36,303 bases of DNA from a virus (taxonomy: Duplodnaviria; Caudoviricetes): positions 1 to 36,303 of IMG/VR virus record IMGVR_UViG_3300037697_000022, one strand, 5' to 3'. Both the position numbers and the translations under genes were made by a program. Shown here in pieces: positions 1 through 7,576 of the stretch. The notes beneath the pieces were generated by a model, which saw nothing but the letters and a program-made list of their open reading frames with translations, had not been told where the DNA came from and did no database searches. Every line of letters starts with the position of its first letter. The first letter of the stretch is position 1.

Positions 1-159
1 GGTTGACTCGATACCCTCGTCAGCCCAGATGGACACTGGAGTGTCGTGCTTGGTGCGGGCGCCGACCATCCGCCAGAAGCCATCCTTCGGCGCAAGGGTC
101 TGATGATTGTGGGCCTCGCCGGCCAACTCCCGGCGCCACAGCGCGTACCGGATATCCAT
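1..159 (-). CDS. Hypothetical phage protein, N-terminal part only (runs off the window edge)
   Basis: Not in the ORF track. ATG at 159 with GAGGG RBS upstream; open to position 1: MDIRYALWRRELAGEAHNHQTLAPKDGFWRMVGARTKHDTPVSIWADEGIEST. Confidence 0.7.
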   Translation of the reverse strand, partial: MDIRYALWRRELAGEAHNHQTLAPKDGFWRMVGARTKHDTPVSIWADEGIEST

Positions 160-180
160 TGAATCCCTCATACAGGATGC

Positions 181-221
181 TTGTAGATGCCACAATATGG
201 CGCTATATGATGCGAAGTCAA
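181..221. promoter_or_regulatory. Overlapping divergent sigma70-like promoters
   Basis: Plus strand TTGTAG(181-186)-N17-TATATG(204-209); minus strand TTGACT(221-216)-N18-TATTGT(197-192). Lies between divergent genes. Confidence 0.55.
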
Positions 222-246
222 TCGCGGCTACAGGAAAAGATTTGCC

Positions 247-414
247 ATGCCCACCACCGACATTGATCGCACCACTATCCAGCTCACCGAAGTGCTCAAA
301 GAGTACCTTAAGAAAGAGGCCATCAAAGCCCATCGCAGTCTCTCGGCGGAGATCGTTATGAGGCTCGAACGGTCTATGGCCAACGACAAACGCAGGACGA
401 TGAAGTCCACGTGA
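247..414 (+). CDS. Arc-family ribbon-helix-helix DNA-binding protein (55 aa)
   Basis: Not in the ORF track. MPTTDIDRTTIQLTEVLKEYLKKEAIKAHRSLSAEIVMRLERS...; RSLSAEIVxRLExS is the typical Arc helix B. Stop overlaps the next start (GTGA). Confidence 0.8.
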   Translation: MPTTDIDRTTIQLTEVLKEYLKKEAIKAHRSLSAEIVMRLERSMANDKRRTMKST

Positions 415-767
415 ACGGGTATCCGCCCGGCACTCTGTGCTTCTACTGCGATGTCCTGTTGACGTGGATGCGGCCGGGGAAAGGCCGCTCTCAAACTGAT
501 AGCGCCGGGACGGAAGAGCATATCTTCCCGGTCGCCAGCCTACACCGGGTGGCCATGAGTGGGCACCTAAAATTCGCGGAGTGGCGCACCCTCAACAAGG
601 TGCCGGCGTGCCGGGGCTGCAACAACTACAAAGGCATGATCGAGCCGCTTGACTGGTTGGTCATCATGCCGTCGAACAAAGGGGCCAAGCGGTTGGCCGA
701 ACGCCTCGTCAAACTCGGGGTTCCGATGGCTGACGTGTACGCTGCTCTCAACAGGAGGAAACGTTGA
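411..767 (+). CDS. HNH endonuclease-like protein
   Basis: CFYC ... EHIFP ... N ... CRGCNNYKG, the Zn-finger HNH pattern. Confidence 0.8.
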   Translation: MNGYPPGTLCFYCDVLLTWMRPGKGRSQTDSAGTEEHIFPVASLHRVAMSGHLKFAEWRTLNKVPACRGCNNYKGMIEPLDWLVIMPSNKGAKRLAERLVKLGVPMADVYAALNRRKR

Positions 768-1441
768 TCACTGATCTCTACAAAATCCTTGGCGTCGGCA
801 AGAAGGCGACCAAGGCGCAAATCCGTGCCGCGTACCGGCGCAAGGCAAAGACCGCGCACCCGGATGCCGGCGGCGATCCCGAGGCGTTCCACGCGATCTC
901 GAAAGCCTATCGCATCCTCTCCAACGATAAGGCGCGGGCGCGGTACGATGAGACTGGCAACGCCGACGAAGCCACCGCCAGCACCATGGACAACACGACG
1001 GCGCTGGCCATGGAAATCCTTGCGCAGCTGCTTGGCGACGCGCTCGAAACCGACGCGGCTCTCAACGTCGATCTCACCAAGGAAATCGCTGGCGTGCTGG
1101 CCGAGTCGTCGGCGGAGATCGCCGTTGCGATCACCAAGGTTGAGACAAAGATCGCGCGTATCGAAAAGGTGGCGCGCAAGTTCATCCTCAAAGATCAGGA
1201 GGTGCCCAACCATATCCAGATGATCCTCGATCATGGGCGCGGGGTTGAGAAGGATCATCTGGACCGCCACCAAGCCCGGCATGCCGCCATCAACCGCGCC
1301 TCCGAGATCATCGGCAGCTTCACCTATGAGCCTGACGCGTCGAAGGCAGCAGCGACTCCAGAGACAGAGATCGACCGGCTCATGAAAGACCTTTTGGGGT
1401 CGCACGGCGGGCGTGTCTACAAGAAGGGTCCGTTCGTGTGA
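764..1441 (+). CDS. J-domain (DnaJ-like) co-chaperone
   Basis: DLYKILGV..A...IRAAYRRKAKTAHPDAGG...F..ISKAY.ILS....RARYD: complete J-domain with HPD, followed by a helical C-terminus. Confidence 0.92.
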   Translation: MITDLYKILGVGKKATKAQIRAAYRRKAKTAHPDAGGDPEAFHAISKAYRILSNDKARARYDETGNADEATASTMDNTTALAMEILAQLLGDALETDAALNVDLTKEIAGVLAESSAEIAVAITKVETKIARIEKVARKFILKDQEVPNHIQMILDHGRGVEKDHLDRHQARHAAINRASEIIGSFTYEPDASKAAATPETEIDRLMKDLLGSHGGRVYKKGPFV

Positions 1442-1893
1442 GCAAGAGCTGGCGGCGCATCGGGACGTTGAGCGGTGCGGACGCCGGCCGCCTCGCCGTC
1501 AAGGTCTACGTCTGCAACGGCTGCGGGCTGTGGCATCTGGCGGCGGCACCTAAGCAGTGCCAAGGCTGCGGCCGGATGGACTTCACCCGCTTCGATTCCA
1601 AGGGTGAAGCGTCGCGCTTCGCCGATCTCAAACTCCGCGTGCACGCCGGATTGATCAAAGACTTGCAAGTCCATGTGCGCTATCCTCTCTACACCGTCGA
1701 CCGGCATATGATGATGGTCCAGTTCGGTGAGTACGTCGCCGACTTCGTCTATCTCGATCTCAATAGCGGGCAGATCGTGATCGAAGATTTCAAGCCCCGC
1801 GCTGGCGCATCCCGCGACGCCAAAATCAAACTGCGGATCATGGAAGCGTCCGGTCGCCCCGTGACGCTCGTAACCTCAAAAGGAATCGTCTGA
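1438..1893 (+). CDS. DUF1064-family PD-(D/E)XK-like nuclease with N-terminal Zn ribbon
   Basis: CxxC...CxxC, then FDSKGEA.RF..L, Y.ADFVY and IEDFK motifs. Confidence 0.8.
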   Translation: MSKSWRRIGTLSGADAGRLAVKVYVCNGCGLWHLAAAPKQCQGCGRMDFTRFDSKGEASRFADLKLRVHAGLIKDLQVHVRYPLYTVDRHMMMVQFGEYVADFVYLDLNSGQIVIEDFKPRAGASRDAKIKLRIMEASGRPVTLVTSKGIV

Positions 1894-2492
1894 TGAGTGA
1901 GGCACCAAAGAAGGTAACGATCCACGGCGGATCGAACATGGCCTACATCGAAGAGGAGGTGGCCAAGGGTATCGAGAAGACGCGCAAGCACAAGAACAAT
2001 CGCCAGAGCGAAAACGATGAGCTGCGTGCCATCAAGGCCCACCTCGAAACCCTCGGCATCCGCAAGGAAGCCTTCGTGATGGCCATCCAATATCTCGAAT
2101 GGGACGAAGACAAGCGGCAGGGTTTCGACCTTGCCTATTCCATCGTCCGCAAGGTCGGCGGCTCCCCCATCCGTCTCGATCTCGTCGGCCTCGCCGACCG
2201 CGATCAGATCGCCGATCAGAAGAACGTGCTGCGTCTGGTGCTGGACAAAGGTATGACGCCTGAGATCAAAGCCCAGATCAAGGCGCTGCTCGAACTTCCC
2301 AGCGGCGAAGATGGCCCGTCTCCGGTTCATGGTGACGGCTCGGCTGTCAACATGAAGAGCAGCCCTGACGCCGGCAACAATAATGGCAAGTCGCGGCCTC
2401 TGACCGGGCTGGCCAAGGCGGTGGCGGAGTCTGACGCCGCCGTCGCTGCCAGCGTCGCGAAGCATGAGGAAAAGAAGTCGAACGCTTCGTAA
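1893..2492 (+). CDS. Hypothetical protein, possibly GapR/DUF2312-like DNA-binding protein
   Basis: Helical pattern NDELRAIKAHLETLGIRKEAFVMAIQYLEWDEDKRQGFD resembles GapR by eye; low-complexity tail. Confidence 0.5.
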   Translation: MSEAPKKVTIHGGSNMAYIEEEVAKGIEKTRKHKNNRQSENDELRAIKAHLETLGIRKEAFVMAIQYLEWDEDKRQGFDLAYSIVRKVGGSPIRLDLVGLADRDQIADQKNVLRLVLDKGMTPEIKAQIKALLELPSGEDGPSPVHGDGSAVNMKSSPDAGNNNGKSRPLTGLAKAVAESDAAVAASVAKHEEKKSNAS

Positions 2493-2494
2493 TG

Positions 2495-2532
2495 TTGCAA
2501 CTCGCCGCACGATGCTCCATATTCGTGCGGCG
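2495..2532 (+). promoter_or_regulatory. Promoter overlapped by a perfect 10-bp inverted repeat
   Basis: TTGCAA(2495-2500)-N17-CATATT(2518-2523); CGCCGCACGA(2503-2512)/TCGTGCGGCG(2523-2532); AGGAGG RBS downstream. Confidence 0.6.
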
Positions 2533-2549
2533 CAAACAGGAGGATCGAT

Positions 2550-3176
2550 ATGGCCCAGAAGGTGGTGCCAGCACACACAGTTTTAGTAGACGAGTCCGGT
2601 AAGCATACGTCTGGTCAAGCGCTCACCTGCGCATGCGGACGAACCGAGACGATCAAGACCAACCGCCGCCAGCACTCTCTAAATGAAGCGGCGGCGCGGC
2701 GGAAATTCTTCCAGAAAGGATGGACCATCAAGGGTGGAAAAGCGATCTGCCCGATATGTTCCAACCCACCACGCCCTCAACCGAAGGAACACCCAATGCA
2801 GCTCAAATCTGTCTCTGATACCCCGCGCGAAATGAGCGCCACGGATCGGCGCCGCGTCTTCCGCTCTATCGATGATGAGTGGGATGAGGATCGCGGGCGG
2901 TACGCCGGCGGCGCCACCGATCAGACCATCGCCACCGCCCTCGATGTCCCGCGTATCTGGGTTGAGACGATCCGCCGTGAGTCCTTCGGCGACACCGGCA
3001 ACAACGCCGAGATTGAAGAGTTTCAGGCCGATCTGAATAAGCAGATCACCATCGTCACCAACCATATGAACGACGCCATCACGCTGGCCGGCAAGTTCGA
3101 GGATACCCTCAAAGATTTGCGCGCGATCAAGAAGCGGATGGAACGGATCGAGTCGGCGGTCTTGCCACGGCGCTGA
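2550..3176 (+). CDS. Hypothetical phage protein (N-terminal Zn finger, HTH-like middle, coiled-coil end)
   Basis: CACG...CPIC; TDQTIATALDVPRIWVETIR is HTH-like; strong RBS. Confidence 0.7.
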   Translation: MAQKVVPAHTVLVDESGKHTSGQALTCACGRTETIKTNRRQHSLNEAAARRKFFQKGWTIKGGKAICPICSNPPRPQPKEHPMQLKSVSDTPREMSATDRRRVFRSIDDEWDEDRGRYAGGATDQTIATALDVPRIWVETIRRESFGDTGNNAEIEEFQADLNKQITIVTNHMNDAITLAGKFEDTLKDLRAIKKRMERIESAVLPRR

Positions 3177-3185
3177 TCGGGGTCC

Positions 3186-3258
3186 ATAAAAAGAGCCACC
3201 GGGTTGCCCGCCCGGTGGCTCAACATCAACCCGCTGGATCGGAGCGTTCGATGAAACA
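3186..3258 (-). ncRNA. Predicted ~70-nt antisense-strand sRNA upstream of the replication initiator
   Basis: Minus-strand promoter TTGCAA(3292-3287)-N17-TATTGT(3269-3264), paired with a minus-strand intrinsic terminator at 3188-3221. Confidence 0.6.
3188..3221 (-). terminator. Intrinsic terminator oriented on the minus strand
   Basis: 11-bp stem GAGCCACCGGG(3193-3203)/CCCGGTGGCTC(3211-3221); A5 at 3188-3192 is a U-tract on the minus strand only. Confidence 0.75.
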
Positions 3259-3299
3259 TCATCACAATACATCACACCAGAATCGGTTGCAAGCGAACG

Positions 3300-4124
3300 G
3301 TGACTGCCGTGGCTGAGTATCCGATGATGCCATTGTGGACCGACGCCTATCTCGGCGACACCACCCACCTCACCACCCTCGAACATGGCGCCTACCTGCT
3401 GCTGCTGATGAGTATGTGGCGTGCCGGCGGGATGCTCCCCAACGACGACAAAAAGCTGGCTCGGTTTACCCGCCTTGGCGCTCAGCAGTGGCGGAGAATC
3501 AAGCCGACGATTATGGAATTTTTCACCGTTGATGGTGACGTCATTATCCAACAAAGGCTTCATGAAGAATACATTGCTGTTAAACAGCGCAGCAAGGTGG
3601 CGTCAAACAACGCGAGAGCTAAGTATAAGAAAACAAACAATGTGGGTCCTGCGGACGCTGTGCCAGACGCCAGCCAAACACCTGCTCTCCATAACCATAC
3701 CCATAACCAGAAAGATATCTTCGACTCTAACGAGTCTCAGATATCTGAATCCTCGCTTCGCTCGGAACGCGCGCGCGACTTCGATGTGTTCTGGGATGTG
3801 TATCCGAACAAGGTCGGGAAGGCAGCTGCGAAGAAGGCTTTCGAGAAGGCCACCAAGCGCACCGATCTTCCCATCCTCATGGCCGGCCTTGATCGGTACA
3901 TCCACAAAACCGATGATCGCCCATGGTGCAACCCAGCGACGTGGCTCAATCAAGATCGGTGGGAGGATCGTCCGGCGATGAATGGACACAACCAACCTCG
4001 CATGTCTCGCACCGAACTGACCCGCGCAAACCTCATGAGGAAATTTGCAGATGACGAAAGAGCAGAACGCCAAGCAAGCGATGATCCTCGCTATGCTGGA
4101 AGGCTTCAACTTGCCGGTGAATGA
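3300..4124 (+). CDS. Phage replication initiator, DUF1376/YdaU family (start may be GTG 3309)
   Basis: N-terminal PMMPLWTDAYLGDTTHLTTLEHGAYLLLLM..W; C-terminal FDVFWDVYPNKVGK..A..AF and NPATWLNQDRWED. Confidence 0.88.
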   Translation: MTAVAEYPMMPLWTDAYLGDTTHLTTLEHGAYLLLLMSMWRAGGMLPNDDKKLARFTRLGAQQWRRIKPTIMEFFTVDGDVIIQQRLHEEYIAVKQRSKVASNNARAKYKKTNNVGPADAVPDASQTPALHNHTHNQKDIFDSNESQISESSLRSERARDFDVFWDVYPNKVGKAAAKKAFEKATKRTDLPILMAGLDRYIHKTDDRPWCNPATWLNQDRWEDRPAMNGHNQPRMSRTELTRANLMRKFADDERAERQASDDPRYAGRLQLAGE

Positions 4125-4587
4125 GTACATGGTTGACGCCCGCGCTCGGGCGCTGGAGGAGTTCTCTATCGAGGCGGTCGCCTACGCCTGCAACCGCTTC
4201 ACCGGAGGCGCGATCACCGACCGCGACAACGCCTATCCCCCAACCTCAGCAGAGCTGGCGCGTGAGGCCCGTGGGTGGTTTGGTGAGACACCGACGCGCA
4301 GGATGGAGCTGCCGCCACCTGAAATCAATCTCACTCCAGAGGCGCGGGCGCGTATCGCAGCTGGTTTCAAAAAGCTGGGCGAAGACCTCGGCGCCCCGTT
4401 GAAGGCTAAACAGGAGGAGGAGGATGCTTTGTGGCGGGCCACCCTGCGGAAGCGGCATGACGCCATGATCGCCCGTGATCCGCGCCCGATCTTGGTCCGG
4501 CTCGGCATCCATCCTGACCTTGCAGACAATGAGGGATCGACGTATGATCCTCGGCAACCGGCAGATGAACCGGGCTCCAAGCAATAA
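4051..4587 (+). CDS. Putative helicase loader / replication accessory protein
   Basis: Overlaps the 3' end of the initiator gene; YPPTSAEL resembles the PxxAE motif of phage loader proteins; GAGG RBS before ATG 4051. Confidence 0.55.
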   Translation: MTKEQNAKQAMILAMLEGFNLPVNEYMVDARARALEEFSIEAVAYACNRFTGGAITDRDNAYPPTSAELAREARGWFGETPTRRMELPPPEINLTPEARARIAAGFKKLGEDLGAPLKAKQEEEDALWRATLRKRHDAMIARDPRPILVRLGIHPDLADNEGSTYDPRQPADEPGSKQ

Positions 4588-4613
4588 GCAACCCAGCAAT
4601 CGGAGTTTGAACC

Positions 4614-5072
4614 ATGCCCTCAGCTTTTAAGTCCATTTGGGGCCAGTACCTCGGCGTCGGAGCCGGTGGTCAGCTCGTCACCAATCATGGTGCGAGGATC
4701 GACGCCACCCGCCCATGCGTCGATGCTTTGATTGTCGTCGGCGACGAAGTGGCCAACGTCCGCGCCATCACCATCCAGCTCAGGGATGCCTATGGCAAGG
4801 ACATCGACTATCAGGAGATTGTCGACATCTTCGTGGTCGGCGCCGCCAACCTCAACGCCATCATCACCACCGGCGGCTCCACCGGCATCGCCATCGGTAC
4901 GGACGGCGCGATCCTCGAAACCCGTGTCGCCAAGAAGATTTTCCAAGTCGCCTCCGAGGCGGATGGTGATATCGATCTGACATGGACCGACACCGGAACC
5001 GAAGCTGCGTTTCTCGCCGTGCGTCTGCCGAACGGCCGGGTGATTTTCAGCTCGGCGCTCACCAACACCTAA
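4614..5072 (+). CDS. Hypothetical beta-rich protein, possibly a virion decoration protein
   Basis: GGAG RBS; rich in G/T/V/I/A; followed by a terminator. Confidence 0.6.
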   Translation: MPSAFKSIWGQYLGVGAGGQLVTNHGARIDATRPCVDALIVVGDEVANVRAITIQLRDAYGKDIDYQEIVDIFVVGAANLNAIITTGGSTGIAIGTDGAILETRVAKKIFQVASEADGDIDLTWTDTGTEAAFLAVRLPNGRVIFSSALTNT

Positions 5073-5090
5073 TCCTGAACGCCCCGTGGA

Positions 5091-5127
5091 AAGGGCCGGG
5101 GGATCACTCCTCCGGCCCTTATTTTAT
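5091..5127 (+). terminator. Intrinsic terminator ending the replication operon
   Basis: AAGGGCCGG-G-GGA/TCC-T-CCGGCCCTT stem with TCAC loop, followed by ATTTTAT; at a convergent junction. Confidence 0.8.
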
Positions 5128-5157
5128 GATACCGTCTGTTTTGCTCATATTTGCCCG

Positions 5158-5220
5158 CACAGCGGAGTTGGATGGTTCAGGCTATACCCCTACCTTGGGG
5201 TTCGATTCCCCCACCGTGTG
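5158..5220 (+). ncRNA. tRNA-like element (T-arm present, no anticodon arm)
   Basis: GGGG-TTCGATT-CCCC T-arm; closing helix CACA(G)CGG/CCGTGTG; D-like hairpin containing TGG. Confidence 0.35.
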
Positions 5221-5442
5221 ATAGATCAGTGGCGAAGCTGGACGGTATCCAGCCCTGAATGCCAGCAAAAGGTGTGCCTGAGTGTACGACAGGGTGCGGC
5301 GACCAGACTCGAACTGGTGCCACGCCTGCCGCACATACTTGCCGGTGAAGCCCATCATGTGACCGGCTTCCTCCAGCGTCCAACCCAGCTGCTCGCGGAT
5401 CGCGCGCACCTCGCTTGGGGTAAGGATCGGATCATCATTCAT
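5182..5442 (-). CDS. XRE-family helix-turn-helix protein
   Basis: LTPSEVRAIREQLGWTLEEAGHMMG...WHQFESGRR. Confidence 0.85.
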   Translation of the reverse strand: MNDDPILTPSEVRAIREQLGWTLEEAGHMMGFTGKYVRQAWHQFESGRRTLSYTQAHLLLAFRAGYRPASPLIYHTVGESNPKVGV

Positions 5443-5713
5443 CTTTGATCACCTCAATGGTAAAGGCAGTCAGCGGCCGGTTCGGTGAGCCGTTCGTGTT
5501 GAACTCCTCACCCTTCACCGTGCGCCGCTTGCGCCATGTACGCCACGCGTCGGCCATAGTGTCGAACCGCAGGGCTTTCGCCTTGTCATCGGTCCACCCA
5601 CCCAGCTCTTCCGTCGCCGGCTTGTTGGGATCGTACCACTCCAGATACTGCCCTTCTGCGCCGCCGGATATCCCGGCGGCATAGCCGTGGCTCTTGATCA
5701 GATATGCCATCAC
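5435..5713 (-). CDS. Hypothetical phage protein
   Basis: GGAGG RBS; translationally coupled to its neighbours. Confidence 0.75.
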   Translation of the reverse strand: MMAYLIKSHGYAAGISGGAEGQYLEWYDPNKPATEELGGWTDDKAKALRFDTMADAWRTWRKRRTVKGEEFNTNGSPNRPLTAFTIEVIKDE

Positions 5714-6310
5714 TCACCTCCAAAAATAGGCGCGGTCGCGCCTGCGCTGCGCGAGGTAGAAGTCCCTACCCCACGATCCTTGCCAGTCGGCCTTGCCGCC
5801 ATACTTCCGGTGCAGCCGCTTGCTCTCCTCATACTCGTCGTCACTGAAATCGTCCCAGATGTCGTGCCACACCGCGCCATACCGAGAATGGGCCGGCGGG
5901 TAGGTGAAGGCGTCGGCGTTGACGATCTCGACGCGTGGATCGACGGTGTAAGTTGGTCCGACCAGCGCGATCACGTCCGGATCGATCTCGACCACGGTCG
6001 CGGAAATCACCTCGGGCTTCTTCAACACCGCTCCCAGCGCCAGCCCAAGGCCAAGCCCGTTCATCAACACGTGGCCATGCGCCCGCCGGATGAATGGCAA
6101 GTGGTCGCGCTGCTCTGCCAGCGTGTCGCTCATGACGATGCCGCGATCATTGTGGATCAGCCGGGTGAATAGCCCAGCGCCCGGATCACGGCCGTCGAAC
6201 ATCAACCGCAGGCGCGCGATGTTCGGCTCCTTCGGAATCTCGAACCGCTCAATGGTCCACTTGCCGCGCTCGCCTTCCGGCACGGCAACCCTGTCAATCA
6301 ACGTCGTCAT
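5714..6310 (-). CDS. Class I SAM-dependent methyltransferase, spermidine-synthase-like fold
   Basis: MSDT..E..DH, VLMNGLGLG (motif I), TVVEIDPDVI, IVNADAF, WHDIW. Confidence 0.82.
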   Translation of the reverse strand: MTTLIDRVAVPEGERGKWTIERFEIPKEPNIARLRLMFDGRDPGAGLFTRLIHNDRGIVMSDTLAEQRDHLPFIRRAHGHVLMNGLGLGLALGAVLKKPEVISATVVEIDPDVIALVGPTYTVDPRVEIVNADAFTYPPAHSRYGAVWHDIWDDFSDDEYEESKRLHRKYGGKADWQGSWGRDFYLAQRRRDRAYFWR

Positions 6311-6540
6311 CACCAACTCCTTCTGTAGTAGTCCGTGCCATCCTCATTGATGCGGATCGCAACAATGTCCGTCACGTCCATGTTGTGCTTTCGGGCATAT
6401 TCCTGCCGCGCCTCGTAGGCGCCTCCTACACGATCCGCCTTGATGTGTGCGACTTCTGGCCAAGGACTCGCATAGCGCTTCCAATGCTCGCGGTCGCCGG
6501 GCTCCGGTAGTGGCGCATACACCCTGTAAAGCCTGCTCAT
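6310..6540 (-). CDS. Hypothetical protein (76 aa)
   Basis: AGGAGGTGTGAC-ATG start at 6540. Confidence 0.7.
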   Translation of the reverse strand: MSRLYRVYAPLPEPGDREHWKRYASPWPEVAHIKADRVGGAYEARQEYARKHNMDVTDIVAIRINEDGTDYYRRSW

Positions 6541-6629
6541 GTCACACCTCCTGCGATCACCCAAAGCACCAAGGCTCCTGACAGCACCGCCGCCAGCACC
6601 TGCATCATAGCGATGTATTCCTTGCTCAT
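6537..6629 (-). CDS. Small single-TM membrane protein (30 aa)
   Basis: MSKEYIAMMQVLAAVLSGALVLWVIAGGVT; AAGGAGGTGTGAC RBS. Confidence 0.7.
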   Translation of the reverse strand: MSKEYIAMMQVLAAVLSGALVLWVIAGGVT

Positions 6630-6815
6630 GTCACACCTCCTTAAACCAGATACTGGATGCCGTACGCCAGCACCCAAAACGCCACTGCGCCGGCCGGCGC
6701 GAACCATCCAGAGATCGGCCGTGGTGCCATCCCCGCGATCAACCAACCAAGCCCGGCCCCGAAAAGCAGCACCTGCCACACCGCGATGTATTCCTGAGCG
6801 TCCATGTCACACCTC
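6538..6815 (-). repeat. Three copies of the 13-bp start cassette GAGGTGTGACATG
   Basis: CATGTCACACCTC at 6538-6550, 6627-6639 and 6803-6815. Confidence 0.9.
6641..6805 (-). CDS. Small two-TM membrane protein (54 aa)
   Basis: Not in the ORF track. MDAQEYIAVWQVLLFGAGLGWLIAGMAPRPISGWFAPAGAVAFWVLAYGIQYLV; GAGGTG RBS. Confidence 0.75.
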   Translation of the reverse strand: MDAQEYIAVWQVLLFGAGLGWLIAGMAPRPISGWFAPAGAVAFWVLAYGIQYLV

Positions 6816-7178
6816 ACTGATCTTCACACACCCGGTCTTGATCGCCGCGTCCGGGTTGAAGGCGGCTTGCTTCTCGCCGATGATGCAATCTTCCTCATCG
6901 GGAATCTCGTAGGTGCAGAGCCGATAGCCGATCTCATCCAGCTTCTCGCGCTCCCACTTGCGGCGCACCCACGACTTCATCTGGCTGATGCTGGTGAAGG
7001 CGAACCGGGTGTGATCCCACCGTCCCCGCCGCTGGAACGCCGGGTCATAGGTTGGGCTCGGCCGCGACCGCGTCGCGCCTCCATCCCAACCCAGCGCCTT
7101 CGCGCCCATCCCGGCCCAGATGCCCCATCCCTCTGCGTCCTCGATCCGATAGAGCGTCGTTCCAAACAGGTTGGCCAT
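6807..7178 (-). CDS. Hypothetical phage protein
   Basis: AGGAGGAGG RBS; LYRIE...FAF...YE...KQAAF pattern. Confidence 0.75.
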   Translation of the reverse strand: MANLFGTTLYRIEDAEGWGIWAGMGAKALGWDGGATRSRPSPTYDPAFQRRGRWDHTRFAFTSISQMKSWVRRKWEREKLDEIGYRLCTYEIPDEEDCIIGEKQAAFNPDAAIKTGCVKISEV

Positions 7179-7352
7179 CTATGCCTCCTCCTGTGTTTCG
7201 TGCACCCGCTCGGCGATGAAGTCGGCGTACCAGTCAGCCCACTCCTCATCGCGCTTGCCCAGCTTGGCCTCGTACTTGGCATGTGCCGCCTCAGCTTCCC
7301 GCAACAGCACCGCCAGCTCGTCGGCGTCTTGAATCCTCAGCACCTCACCCAT
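7179..7352 (-). CDS. Hypothetical protein (57 aa)
   Basis: Not in the ORF track. MGEVLRIQDADELAVLLREAEAAHAKYEAKLGKRDEEWADWYADFIAERVHETQEEA; fills the gap exactly, with GAGGAGG RBS. Confidence 0.75.
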   Translation of the reverse strand: MGEVLRIQDADELAVLLREAEAAHAKYEAKLGKRDEEWADWYADFIAERVHETQEEA

Positions 7353-7565
7353 CTAAGCCTCCTCATTGTTGGCGCTCAGAACCTCTCTGATCCGCGCCTC
7401 GGCGTCCTTGCCGATCTGCTCGATGGCAGCAACGGTCGCCGCCATCCTGTCACCCTCGTCGTTGTCGCCGCACTCGGCGGCCTCTTCGAGCAAAGCTGCC
7501 AGCTGCTCGAACGTCCCTGCCAGCTTTTCCATCGCCAGCTTGTGGGGGTTGTCTGCGTAGATCAT
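7353..7565 (-). CDS. Hypothetical helical protein (70 aa)
   Basis: AAGGAGGG RBS before ATG 7565. Confidence 0.7.
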   Translation of the reverse strand: MIYADNPHKLAMEKLAGTFEQLAALLEEAAECGDNDEGDRMAATVAAIEQIGKDAEARIREVLSANNEEA

Positions 7566-7576
7566 CTGTCCCTCCT

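Noticed and set aside
5158-5220. Functional canonical tRNA or attP
   Set aside because: No anticodon arm or CCA, and no integrase in the window; kept only as a tRNA-like element.
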